Source of the DNA: Candidatus Hodarchaeum mangrovi
GTDB lineage: Archaea > Asgardarchaeota > Heimdallarchaeia > Hodarchaeales > Hodarchaeaceae
Reading direction: 5' to 3'
DNA: 24,000 nucleotides
Assembly (NCBI GenBank): GCA_016839515.1
Contig: JAEOUE010000207.1
Location: 61,148 to 85,147, forward strand
How positions within the stretch are numbered: position 1 is the stretch's first letter; each line of letters begins with the position of its first letter. Positions 1-8,840 of the stretch are shown in pieces. The notes under the pieces were generated by a model that was not told the DNA's origin, did no database searches, and saw only the letters and a program-made list of their open reading frames with translations. A program made the translations under genes and the position numbers.

Positions 1-454
1 TCTGAGCATCAAGATAAAAAATTACCTGTTTTGGTTCCAATTTTTTTAGCCCCTCAATATAAACTTGAATTAAGTTTTCATCGATTGCAAATTTCTCTTT
101 AGGATGAATTGATGAAAAAATATCTCTATATAACCCATCACGACTTATGATAAGGGGCTCATTCATAATTAATGAAAAAAAAGTGACAAGTTGATTATAA
201 GCGTCAATATATAATATTTTATTCATAAGTTGAACAGTGGATTTAAGAACTAAACTATTAATTCTTATAGCTTCATTTTCTGAAAATGCAGATCGGTTTA
301 AGATATTTCTTAAATTACTTTTTAAACTGTAACGATTTGCTACAAAATTAAGTGTGGTTCTTTTAGGATAACCTTGATCAAGAAGAAATATAATTTCACG
401 ATAAGCCTTAAAAAGGATAGAAGTCGATTCTAGAATATCTAGATAATCTTGCAT
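1..454 (-). CDS. Hypothetical protein, N-terminal 151 codons only (runs off left edge); DUF434-like N-terminus, possible NYN/PIN-like continuation
   Basis: Not in the supplied track. Hand translation of the minus strand from ATG (454-452) stays open to position 1. It reads MQDYLDILESTSILFKAYREIIFLLDQGYPKRTTLNFVANRYSLKSNLRNILNRSAFSENEA...KILYIDAYNQLVTFFSLIMNEPLIISRDGLYRDI... The start overlaps the stop of the upstream ITPase gene (TAATG). The family guess comes from a remembered DUF434 pattern and is unverified. Confidence 0.45.
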   Translation of the reverse strand, partial: MQDYLDILESTSILFKAYREIIFLLDQGYPKRTTLNFVANRYSLKSNLRNILNRSAFSENEAIRINSLVLKSTVQLMNKILYIDAYNQLVTFFSLIMNEPLIISRDGLYRDIFSSIHPKEKFAIDENLIQVYIEGLKKLEPKQVIFYLDAQ

Positions 455-1044
455 TAGGATCCCAATTTATACTCTTCATTTAAAAATGAAATTAGTTTAC
501 AAACAGCTAAATACCGGTGCGAGAGGCTATATTTTTTCTCTCCTAATTCACCAAATGTTTTCCCATCTCCTTTTGAAGGGATAAATACAGGGTCATAACC
601 CCATCCTGATTCGGAAACTGATGCTGAAATAATACCATTTACCCTTCCTGTAAACAAATATATCTTTTTATTAAAGTACAACGCGATAGAAGATTGAAAA
701 AAGGCTTTCCGATTATCTTTCTCTTCTAGAAGTTTTAAAATTCCCCATAATCCAATTGTTTTTAGGACATAGGAGGAATAAGGCCCTGGAAACCCATTTA
801 AGGTTTCAATAAAAAGACCTGAATCCTCAACAAAATAAGGGATGGTGAAATCCTTTTGAAAACAAGTTTTTAAAGAAAATTTTGCGATTTCTTCAAGACT
901 ATCAGATTGAATTTCACTCAAAATCATATTCAGAAATTTTAGTTGTATTTTAGATTTCTGAAGAAAAACTTTGTAAATCTCTTTATATTTTTGCACATTG
1001 CTCGAAACAAATCCAATTTCAATACTATTTGGTAAATTCTCCAT
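454..1044 (-). CDS. Non-canonical purine NTP pyrophosphatase (Ham1/RdgB/ITPase family)
   Basis: 196-aa ORF. It carries FVSSN near the N-terminus, FVEDSGLFIETLNGFPGPYSSY, GWGYDPVFIP and a C-terminal SHR, the characteristic Ham1/ITPase motifs. Confidence 0.85.
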   Translation of the reverse strand: MENLPNSIEIGFVSSNVQKYKEIYKVFLQKSKIQLKFLNMILSEIQSDSLEEIAKFSLKTCFQKDFTIPYFVEDSGLFIETLNGFPGPYSSYVLKTIGLWGILKLLEEKDNRKAFFQSSIALYFNKKIYLFTGRVNGIISASVSESGWGYDPVFIPSKGDGKTFGELGEKKYSLSHRYLAVCKLISFLNEEYKLGS

Positions 1045-1150
1045 AATGATTTCAACTTTTAAAATATGAAATAAGATTTATGAAGTAATTCAATTCTCCT
1101 TTAAATGACTGCTAATAACAGTTAAAAGAAGAATTAAACATCAAAGTAAA

Positions 1151-1162
1151 TTTATTTATATG
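1151..1162 (+). promoter_or_regulatory. TATA-like box upstream of rps15, possibly giving a leaderless mRNA
   Basis: TTTATTTATATG is centred about 25 nt upstream of ATG 1183. That spacing fits archaeal TATA-to-TSS distance, implying a leaderless or near-leaderless transcript. Confidence 0.35.
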
Positions 1163-1182
1163 TAGCCTCGGTGGAAGATTTA

Positions 1183-1641
1183 ATGGCCCGAATGCATGCA
1201 AGAAGAAAAGGAAAAAGCGGATCTACAAGACCAATATGGAGAAAAACTCCAGAATGGGTTCCTTATTCTCCCGAAGAAATTGAAAAACTAGTTATCGATA
1301 AAGCGAGAGAAGGTTTAGGGTCAGCACAAATTGGATTGATCTTACGTGATGCTTATGCGATACCTAGCATAAAAAAGATTACAGGAAGGTCAGTTACGAA
1401 AATCATGAAGGAGAATGATCTAGGACCAAAAATGCCTGAAGATTTCCTAAATCTCGTACGTCAAGCATTAAACCTTAGAAATCATCTAGAAAGTGGGAAT
1501 AAGAAAGATAAGCATTCTAGACGAGGACTACAGCTAGTTGAATCTAAAATTCGACGATTAACAAGATATTATAAAAAGAAAGGGGTTTTTGATTCAGATT
1601 TTAAATATGAACCCTCAAACGCAACCCTATATCTACGTTAA
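1183..1641 (+). CDS. rps15: 30S ribosomal protein uS15 (S15P/S13e)
   Basis: The [18 protein letters not shown]-terminus and [20 protein letters not shown] are classic archaeal S15. The track starts at GTG 1171; I prefer the in-frame ATG at 1183. Confidence 0.92.
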   Translation: MARMHARRKGKSGSTRPIWRKTPEWVPYSPEEIEKLVIDKAREGLGSAQIGLILRDAYAIPSIKKITGRSVTKIMKENDLGPKMPEDFLNLVRQALNLRNHLESGNKKDKHSRRGLQLVESKIRRLTRYYKKKGVFDSDFKYEPSNATLYLR

Positions 1642-1713
1642 AAATCAAAAAAATTTTCAAATATTCTTAATCAAAATAGGATCAAGCTTTAAAAATCCAA
1701 CGAAGGTTATCTC

Positions 1714-2619
1714 TTGTTAGAACAAGATATAGAATCGCAATTGCTAAAGATTTCCAATATGGAAGCTATTGCTCGTGATATAAAGCATCAGCGTGAAGGG
1801 ATTAATAGAAAAGTAACTGAAATTGCAAATAAACGAAATTCACTTAATGAACAGGTAAAAGAGCTAATAGCAACTGCGAAAGAAGAACGTGAAAAACGAG
1901 ATAACTGTAATGACAAGATCACAGCACTTAAAGAAAGCAAAACTTTATTATTAAAAGAACTCGAAGGATTTGAAAAGCAAGCAGAAGGACTAAATGGGCA
2001 ACTTGAAGGATTAAATGTCAAGGGAAATACACATTCTCGTCGAGTAGACATTTCTGCCAAAAAAATTCGTCATGAGATACAAGAACTTGAATGGAAAATT
2101 CAAACAACATCAAACTTATCAATTAATGAGGAGAGAGAAATAGTTGAGCAGATTGCAAGATTAGAGCAAAAATTCCGAGAAGTAAGAGAAACCGATGTCA
2201 TATCAAGAGATTTAAGAACTTTTAATAATCGAATTAATGTACTTAAAGGAAAAATGCGGTCATTAGAAAATGAACTAAGATCAATGGCTCGCGAAAGCCG
2301 TTTTCATCATAAAACTATGATTCAAGCATTTAAAAACGCTGATGTAATGAGAAAACAAGCGGATGATCTACATGCTCAATTTATCGATGCTAAAAAACAA
2401 GCAAATTCAGTCCATAATGAATATCTAAATTATCTACGTGAGATAAACAGAATTCGTCAAGATATAAATAAAAGTAAACAAAAAGTCAGGGCTAAACAGG
2501 ATGCTCATCGAAAGGAAAAGCTCGAAGAGAAAACTGAAGACGCACGGAAGAAGTTTGAGGAAGGAAGAAAATTATCATTTGAGGAATTTAGGACTTTAAT
2601 AGATAAAGGGTTAATCTAA
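1714..2619 (+). CDS. Archaeal coiled-coil protein (COG1340-like), function unknown
   Basis: 301 aa, K/E/R/L/N-rich with heptad-like periodicity throughout and no enzymatic motif. TTG start at 1714, with an alternative ATG at 1759. It sits between rps15 and the RecJ-like gene. Confidence 0.6.
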   Translation: MLEQDIESQLLKISNMEAIARDIKHQREGINRKVTEIANKRNSLNEQVKELIATAKEEREKRDNCNDKITALKESKTLLLKELEGFEKQAEGLNGQLEGLNVKGNTHSRRVDISAKKIRHEIQELEWKIQTTSNLSINEEREIVEQIARLEQKFREVRETDVISRDLRTFNNRINVLKGKMRSLENELRSMARESRFHHKTMIQAFKNADVMRKQADDLHAQFIDAKKQANSVHNEYLNYLREINRIRQDINKSKQKVRAKQDAHRKEKLEEKTEDARKKFEEGRKLSFEEFRTLIDKGLI

Positions 2620-2730
2620 ATAAAGATTTAACTTTGTTAATAATACATAAGGAATTGGGTTTTCCTATTAACTAAATCCAATATAAAATTTCAAGTAAAT
2701 CTTCAAATCTCTAGCTATGGTGTTATTTGC

Positions 2731-4134
2731 ATGGGATCATATGAGGAATTCTTCCAAGTGTGTAATCAAACTGCTAGAAGTCTTCTTTCAAAGGCTTATA
2801 ACCTTTTTCCGTTTTTAATCTTCTCTCATTATGATCCTGATGGATTAACAGCAGCAACAATACTTGGGACTGCTTTGGCACGGGAAAAAATACCTTATCA
2901 GATTCAAATCTTAAAACATCTCGAGTATTCCGCTTTAGAAAAAATTAATAGAATTAATCAAGGTGAAATAACGGTAATTTTTTTGGATTTAGGTTCAGGT
3001 GTGATAGATGGCTTTTCAAATTGGGATGAAAAAAAAAGTGTATTTATCATAGATCATCATTATCTTGAAGAGAATATTCAAATCCCAAAACATGTAGAAC
3101 TACTTAATCCTCATATTTATTCTATTGATGGTAGTTCAGAAATTAGTGGATCTGGAATTGCTTATCTTATAGCCAAAGAAATGAATCCTAGAAATATAGA
3201 TCAAGCAAAATTGGCAATAATTGGTGCTCTAGGTGATTACCAAGATAAAGGAGAAAAATCAAGTCTACTTGGTTTAAACAAGCAAATAGTAAATGATGCT
3301 ATAAAGACAAATCAAATTAATGAAACTGAAGCTGTGTGGTTCTTTGACAGATCACGGTCAATAAAAAGTGTCCTCTGGTCAAGTAGGTTAATTGAGTTTA
3401 ATAATGAGATTGAACTTGAATCTTTTTTAGAGGATTCAGGGATTCAATTGTATGATAAAGATAGAGAACGAATTTTCTATGATTTATCATATGATGAATG
3501 TAAGAATATTGCTTCTAAATTAATAGAATATGGAGTGGAACAAAGAGAAATAATTAAAACAGATTATCGCTTATTAAATGAAGAAATTGTCGAATTGGAA
3601 GACGCAAGAGTCTTTGCAACTAGATTAAACGCATGTGGAAGGTTGGATAGAGCTGATATTGGGATTGCTTTGTGTTCAGGAGATAGATCTACAGCTTTGA
3701 GAGAACTAAAACAGATTATTAAGGAAGATAGGAAGATTATATCTGAGAATTTACAATTTGCGAAATCTGAAGGAAATATTACTGAAAAAACAGCTCTTTA
3801 TGTCCTTGATGGTAGACCAAAAATAAATGAGAAATTTATAGGACGTATTACCTCAATGCTCAGCTATCAGAAGGAATTTAAACTCAAACCAATCCTTGGA
3901 ATTGCTAAAACCTCAAATGAGCGGGTTAAACTAAGTTTCAGAAATAATACCAACCAAAATGCTAATTTTGACTTAGTATCGATTTTGAAGGAAGTTATCT
4001 CAAATATTGAACCCAATACTGAAGTTGGAGGCCATTCAGACGCGGCAGGAGCAATAGTTTCGGAAAATAAAATTGATGAGATTGTTTGGGAGATTAATGA
4101 AACTATAATGAAGGTGAGAAATCAAAATGATTAA
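2731..4134 (+). CDS. recJ: DHH-family phosphoesterase, RecJ-like / GAN (Cdc45 homolog)
   Basis: DHH motifs are present: SHYDPDGLTAA, FIIDHH, and C-terminal DHHA1 GGHSDAAGA. At 467 aa it has the size of an archaeal GAN, and it lies near rps15 and rps3ae. Confidence 0.85.
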   Translation: MGSYEEFFQVCNQTARSLLSKAYNLFPFLIFSHYDPDGLTAATILGTALAREKIPYQIQILKHLEYSALEKINRINQGEITVIFLDLGSGVIDGFSNWDEKKSVFIIDHHYLEENIQIPKHVELLNPHIYSIDGSSEISGSGIAYLIAKEMNPRNIDQAKLAIIGALGDYQDKGEKSSLLGLNKQIVNDAIKTNQINETEAVWFFDRSRSIKSVLWSSRLIEFNNEIELESFLEDSGIQLYDKDRERIFYDLSYDECKNIASKLIEYGVEQREIIKTDYRLLNEEIVELEDARVFATRLNACGRLDRADIGIALCSGDRSTALRELKQIIKEDRKIISENLQFAKSEGNITEKTALYVLDGRPKINEKFIGRITSMLSYQKEFKLKPILGIAKTSNERVKLSFRNNTNQNANFDLVSILKEVISNIEPNTEVGGHSDAAGAIVSENKIDEIVWEINETIMKVRNQND

Positions 4135-4393
4135 GAAAATTAATTTGATTATTCAAGTAGATTACCCAGATGAACTAATGGCAAAACTGATAAATAGTGC
4201 TCTAAGGCCTGACAATTTAGCAAAAGAACCAATGATTCTTATATCGAAAGTATCTAAGACAACACTGAAAATTACGTCAAAAAGGATGGAAAAAATCGAA
4301 ACTGCTGTAGCTACAGCAAATGATATAATATCTAGCCTTTCCCTCTCAGAAGAAATAATAGAAGTAGGAAAAAAAGGAAAATCTAAGGATTAA
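4127..4393 (+). CDS. pcc1: KEOPS complex subunit Pcc1-like
   Basis: 88 aa. The start overlaps the recJ-like stop by 8 nt. By eye it is collinear with the remembered P. furiosus Pcc1: LIIQVDYPDELMAKLINSALRPDN versus AKIEMEFPSEDVAKVVYEAVLYEH, plus a C-terminal helix ending IIEV. Confidence 0.6.
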   Translation: MIKKINLIIQVDYPDELMAKLINSALRPDNLAKEPMILISKVSKTTLKITSKRMEKIETAVATANDIISSLSLSEEIIEVGKKGKSKD

Positions 4394-4988
4394 TTGGCTT
4401 TAGGATTTTGGATTTTTGAATTTCGACACTTTTGAGAGGATAAATGTTCTTACACTCATGATATACAACGGAGCCTAGTTTTCCTCCAGTAGCATCGCGA
4501 ATGAATTCGTCTTGTGTAAGTTCATTAGCCTGTTCTGCTACAACCTTAAGCATTTTACGACGGATTGCATCTTTTTGACTGGTTTTTGATCGGTGTTGAG
4601 TAAAGCCTGTTGCAGTTATTCGAAAAGGAATTCCATCTTTTGTTTTAACTGTGCTAATACTATCAATTCGAGTTCTTCTACGTCGAACTAGAAATCTGAG
4701 ATAATCTCGAGCAAAAGAATGACCTTTAAACCGTGTTTTTGCATTATTACCTATAACTTCTGTTATTTGAAAACGAATCTTAACGTGCATCTTTGAATAA
4801 TCATTATTAATATCTGATAAGGAAATCTCTATAACTCTTCCAATTAATTTATTAGGATCATCAGTAAGAGACTCTCCAATTATCCTTTCTTCACCCTCTA
4901 GAAAACCTGGGGGGCTGTAAATCTGATATAATTCCTTTGCAGACCATTTATCTACCATTCTACGAGCTGAACGTGAACGACGACTCAA
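4383..4988 (-). CDS. rps3ae: 30S ribosomal protein eS1 (S3Ae)
   Basis: A basic N-terminus is followed by DKWSAKELYQIYSP. The rest (RVIEISLSDI...FQITEV...) is typical S3Ae. TTG start at 4988 with AAGGAG 10 nt upstream. Confidence 0.9.
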   Translation of the reverse strand: MSRRSRSARRMVDKWSAKELYQIYSPPGFLEGEERIIGESLTDDPNKLIGRVIEISLSDINNDYSKMHVKIRFQITEVIGNNAKTRFKGHSFARDYLRFLVRRRRTRIDSISTVKTKDGIPFRITATGFTQHRSKTSQKDAIRRKMLKVVAEQANELTQDEFIRDATGGKLGSVVYHECKNIYPLKSVEIQKSKILKPINP

Positions 4989-5241
4989 ACAAATTTTTCT
5001 CCTTATGCTTTCTCGTCAAATATTTACATATAGGGGAGATTAAGACTAATCTTTAAATTCTTCTCTTTTTAATATACTCCCTTATAACAAAAATAATAAC
5101 TACAGATCTTTAAATTAATCAATTCAAAATTCTAAATGCGAAGAATTCTAAAGAAAGTAAAAATCTTTAGAAGATATCGCATTTTTATAAATACAAATAC
5201 CTTAATGTCATAATACCCTTTTTGTTAATCAAGTGATTTAA

Positions 5242-5904
5242 ATGAAAGGTTTTACTTCATCCTTCTTAATTTTAAGAATAAATGAGCAAATCTGGAATGA
5301 TGAAAAAAGTAAGAATCTAGTTGAATATGCAGTTGAAACTTCAAAGAATAAAGACTTTACGATTGGATTTATACCACCAATTTCAAGTTTATTTACTTTT
5401 GTCGAAGAATTTTCAAACCCTGTTCTTTACCCAGGAATACCATTATCTCCTGATGAAATAAAAAGACAAGGATTATCGGGAGTAATTATAGATACCGCGA
5501 AAGATAACGTTACACTGGTGAACCTTGAATCTACCATAAGACATGCACGTAACAGACAATTGATAACAATAATTTGTACAGGGAACGAAGCGATTTCCGC
5601 TGCAGTGTCAAAATTAGATCCAAATGGAATTGCTTTTACTCCTGAGGAACTTTCAAGAATGAGTACGACGATAGAAAAAATAAATCCAGAAATTATTGAT
5701 AATCACATTAAAAGAGTAAGAATAGAAAATGCAAGAATAACTCCGATCCTTTATGCACCGATTTTAAATGAAAAAGAACTGAATAAAGTATTAAATCTAG
5801 GTTTGAAAGGATTCTTGTTGGATCTAGATTGGATTTATCAATATCCTGATAATTTTATAGATCAATTTGTTAATCAAATAAAAAATTTTAACTCTACGAA
5901 ATAA
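5242..5904 (+). CDS. Triosephosphate isomerase-like protein with substituted catalytic residues (probable non-catalytic TIM-barrel paralog)
   Basis: 220 aa, collinear by eye with archaeal TIM. For example, AISAAVSKLDPNGIAFTPEELS matches SKAVAALSPDYIAVEPPELIG. The catalytic Lys, His and Glu positions read Q, T and T. Details are in the findings. Confidence 0.6.
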   Translation: MKGFTSSFLILRINEQIWNDEKSKNLVEYAVETSKNKDFTIGFIPPISSLFTFVEEFSNPVLYPGIPLSPDEIKRQGLSGVIIDTAKDNVTLVNLESTIRHARNRQLITIICTGNEAISAAVSKLDPNGIAFTPEELSRMSTTIEKINPEIIDNHIKRVRIENARITPILYAPILNEKELNKVLNLGLKGFLLDLDWIYQYPDNFIDQFVNQIKNFNSTK

Positions 5905-5935
5905 CAAAAAAGGAGGATAAATAAAAAGAAGAATA

Positions 5936-6076
5936 TTAATCTTTTTTCTCCTCTTCCTCCTCTAATTCTTCATCCTCTTCATTATAAAAAAGAATGTAAA
6001 ATAGAACTAACAAAAGAGCAATTATAACTAAAATACTAGCAATAAATGTGGCATAGAACCAATCTAAGAGAGCCAT
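5936..6076 (-). CDS. Possible 46-aa micro-protein: one TM helix plus an acidic tail
   Basis: Not in the track. The minus-strand ATG at 6076 gives MALLDWFYATFIASILVIIALLLVLFYILFYNEEDEELEEEEEKKD followed by TAA (5938-5936). It lies 70 nt downstream of the herA stop on the same strand. It may be spurious. Confidence 0.3.
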   Translation of the reverse strand: MALLDWFYATFIASILVIIALLLVLFYILFYNEEDEELEEEEEKKD

Positions 6077-6145
6077 AACTGAAGAACTCCATAATTATTG
6101 AAAAAAGTACTCATTCTTATCTATCTGATCAAACTTAAAAATTAT

Positions 6146-7666
6146 TTATTTATCTTCAGATCTAGAAATCCTTTCAAAATTAACTGAATTATTAAATTGC
6201 CATTTCTTTGCATAAGATTCTGCAGTTTGTTGAAGGTTTGGTGAAATTGATGTGCCATGGTGTTTTCTAGCACGAATCCTGAAAAAAATTGGGTAATTTA
6301 TTCCTTCTCCAACAATTAATGCTTCCCCGACCTCTAGATCTGGTAACATTTTCAATATTGATCGATCAATACCCTCTGATGTTTTTCCAATGAAATCTAA
6401 ATCGTAAGGATTACGGATTCGAAGAATTAAATTAGAATTGCATTGTGAAAGAGCTGTTACAGATAAATTTACCGGTCTTTGAGAAATTAAACATAAACTG
6501 CAGTAAAATTTTCTACCCTCACGGGCAATGGTCTCTATAATACCTTTTGAAACTGATCTAGAGGATTCAGGACAAAATTGATGCGCTTCCTCAATCATGA
6601 ACACTATCGGAGGTATCTTGTTTTGAATACGTAACGAATAAAGGCTTTTAAGGAAATATAATGCCTGGATTCTTCTTGCTCTAAAACTCTGAAGATCAGA
6701 AAGATCTAAAATAACTGTTTTACCAGGTGATATTAAATTTTGGAAGTCTAGATTTGATTCTGGTGAGAATAAATATGTGCGATGAAGGGAAAGTAACCAG
6801 CCAACCATTGCTTCTCGTGTTCTAGGATTTACTCCTTCTGTTATCTCTAATTGTTTTATTAATTCTAAGATAGAATAATGTCCCAAATTCATTTTTTTGA
6901 TATTTGTAATAATCCCCTCCAAAACTCTTGTCTGAACGACTGACATTTCAGGTATAAATTCTGAAATATCCCATGCAGATAGTTCTGGGACACCGATAGA
7001 AATTAAAGATCCACTAAGGACTTCTATATTCTCCTTATATTCAGAAGTGTTAAAAATATTGGAATATTCTCCATGGGGATCAATAAGAATCACTCCTAAT
7101 TTACCATATTGTAAAATCTCTTCTAGAAGAACAGAAGCAGCGTAAGACTTCCCAGCTCCTGAAATAGCTAGAATTGCCAGATGTTTACGAAGCAATCGGG
7201 AAATATTTAACTTAATATCTACTTCATTTGCTTGGAGAAATCCTAAATGTAGCCCATTTTTATCTAATCCTAAGAATACTTCAATACTGTGAGGAGATGA
7301 TCTAAATACTTTCGAACCTGGAGAAACAGGATACTTAACTCTTGAAACAACCTCTTTTTCAATATCCAACTCCCCTAGAGGTTTAATTTCAGCAATAGTA
7401 TTCTCCCATTCATTAATTGGAAAAATATTATGGTAATCACGAGAAGCAATTTCGTGAGCACTAGCTTCTAGTGTTTCATAATATGCATTATATTTTTTTA
7501 TCCCACTAATGAGTCCTATGACTTCGATTTTTTCATTTTTGGGAATTGTAACAAACTGTCCTCTTTCTATTATCAAGGAAGAGTCTTTTTCTAGAATCAC
7601 TTCGATTTTTTCTAAACTAGGCGAATCAGAAGTGACAATCACTATTCCAATTATCATAATTTTCAT
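6146..7666 (-). CDS. herA: HerA-type hexameric ATPase/helicase (FtsK-HerA superfamily, DUF87)
   Basis: Walker A is LAISGAGKSY and the Walker B region is VFMIEEAHQF. It has an N-terminal barrel-like segment and is 506 aa. It starts 19 nt downstream of nurA. Confidence 0.85.
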   Translation of the reverse strand: MKIMIIGIVIVTSDSPSLEKIEVILEKDSSLIIERGQFVTIPKNEKIEVIGLISGIKKYNAYYETLEASAHEIASRDYHNIFPINEWENTIAEIKPLGELDIEKEVVSRVKYPVSPGSKVFRSSPHSIEVFLGLDKNGLHLGFLQANEVDIKLNISRLLRKHLAILAISGAGKSYAASVLLEEILQYGKLGVILIDPHGEYSNIFNTSEYKENIEVLSGSLISIGVPELSAWDISEFIPEMSVVQTRVLEGIITNIKKMNLGHYSILELIKQLEITEGVNPRTREAMVGWLLSLHRTYLFSPESNLDFQNLISPGKTVILDLSDLQSFRARRIQALYFLKSLYSLRIQNKIPPIVFMIEEAHQFCPESSRSVSKGIIETIAREGRKFYCSLCLISQRPVNLSVTALSQCNSNLILRIRNPYDLDFIGKTSEGIDRSILKMLPDLEVGEALIVGEGINYPIFFRIRARKHHGTSISPNLQQTAESYAKKWQFNNSVNFERISRSEDK

Positions 7667-7685
7667 ACCTTTTAAATTATTATTT

Positions 7686-8840
7686 TTAAAATTTCCACGG
7701 AGATCTTTCTCTTCGTCTTAACCATAAATCGGGTATTGGAAATCGTTTTCTCATCAAGTGAAAAAAAGCATCAACTTCTGTCTCTTTTATCTTTGCTCTG
7801 GCATCAGCTTCAACAATTGGCGCAGGAATCCCATAATTTTTATAATACTGAGAAAGAGGTAAAATCGTTTCTGCTAAGATATTAATCTCCTTGATCATTT
7901 CTTTAGTTTCTTTTTGGAGTGGCTGAAATATCTCTACTCTAAGAGGAATATCAAAACGAGCTGTTTTTAAATAGAAGTTATAGAACGCGAATTTTTTAGC
8001 GAAATCTTGTGAGACATTAAAATCAAGTTTAAGAACCATTGAACGATATTGAAAGTCTAAAAGATAGTAAAAAAGATCCATATCACGAGAATTATTAATA
8101 ATATTTCTATAATCAAGTTCCAATAGTTCAGGCATTCTATCTATCATAAAAGGAAGAATTCTGCCGAGAAATTTAGTCATTAAGCTCATTTTACTGTCTT
8201 TAACAATCCATGCTAGCTTGACAGTCTTTTTCCTTGCATTAAAAATCAATTCCTGAAGTATTGATAGATAAGTTTCATAATAATTAATAATCTTCTGATT
8301 CGAAGTTAAAGGTTTATTAATAACTGGGCTACCATCAAGTAATAAAACATCGATCTTTTTCTCACTTAATTCAAGAATCTGCAACGCTACTTGAAGTTCT
8401 GTAATAGCACGACGTAATGTACCCAAATGTTCAAAATCTAAAGAAGAAAAAGCAGAATCTGAAATTGTTATTTCGAGAGGGGGAATTTTCGCAGGGTAAT
8501 AAGTAGTATTTTGAATACCTTCAGGAGTATAAGTGATAAATACTGCTACTGCACGAAAGAGGAAAATATCAAAACCTATAAGTAGACGAGAAATATGTCC
8601 TCCATCTATACCCCCAATTGTTAAACCTGAGATATCAAGTGGATTAAGGGAAGAGAAAATATAATGATCAAAAGTAAAAGATTGAAGATGAGTAGGTAAA
8701 GATTCTAAAGAAGGACTGTACTGTTTTAGAACTCGACAAAACTGAACTTTATCCTTATTAAATTCAGAAATTTTATTGAGATGATAATGAATATCTTTAA
8801 GAGTCTTGACAGCTGTGTTCTGGATGATAAAACCACTCCT
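7686..8840 (-). CDS. nurA: NurA-like nuclease; start codon unresolved (open frame shown; track call 7686-8426 is probably N-terminally truncated)
   Basis: The called part contains VLLLDGSP. The same frame is open for 138 more codons upstream and encodes GLTIGGIDGGHISRLLIGFDIFLFRAVAVFITY, a NurA-like first Asp motif. That extension has no in-frame ATG, GTG or TTG, and it is bounded by TAA at 8841-8843. The gene is paired with herA. Confidence 0.7.
   Translation of the reverse strand, partial: RSGFIIQNTAVKTLKDIHYHLNKISEFNKDKVQFCRVLKQYSPSLESLPTHLQSFTFDHYIFSSLNPLDISGLTIGGIDGGHISRLLIGFDIFLFRAVAVFITYTPEGIQNTTYYPAKIPPLEITISDSAFSSLDFEHLGTLRRAITELQVALQILELSEKKIDVLLLDGSPVINKPLTSNQKIINYYETYLSILQELIFNARKKTVKLAWIVKDSKMSLMTKFLGRILPFMIDRMPELLELDYRNIINNSRDMDLFYYLLDFQYRSMVLKLDFNVSQDFAKKFAFYNFYLKTARFDIPLRVEIFQPLQKETKEMIKEINILAETILPLSQYYKNYGIPAPIVEADARAKIKETEVDAFFHLMRKRFPIPDLWLRRRERSPWKF

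Noticed and set aside
1788-2060. Antisense and shadow ORFs inside confident genes. These are 1788-2060, 7509-7721, 9666-9872, 11281-11616, 11496-11813, 11810-12055, 15658-15885, 17081-17284, 17419-17601, 18372-18689, 18499-18714, 19133-19324, 21417-21608 and 22331-22690.
   Set aside because: Each lies within or opposite a gene with strong family motifs (ribosomal proteins, PAN, HerA, MBF1, methyltransferase and others). They encode S/L/F/R-rich peptides typical of the wrong frame.
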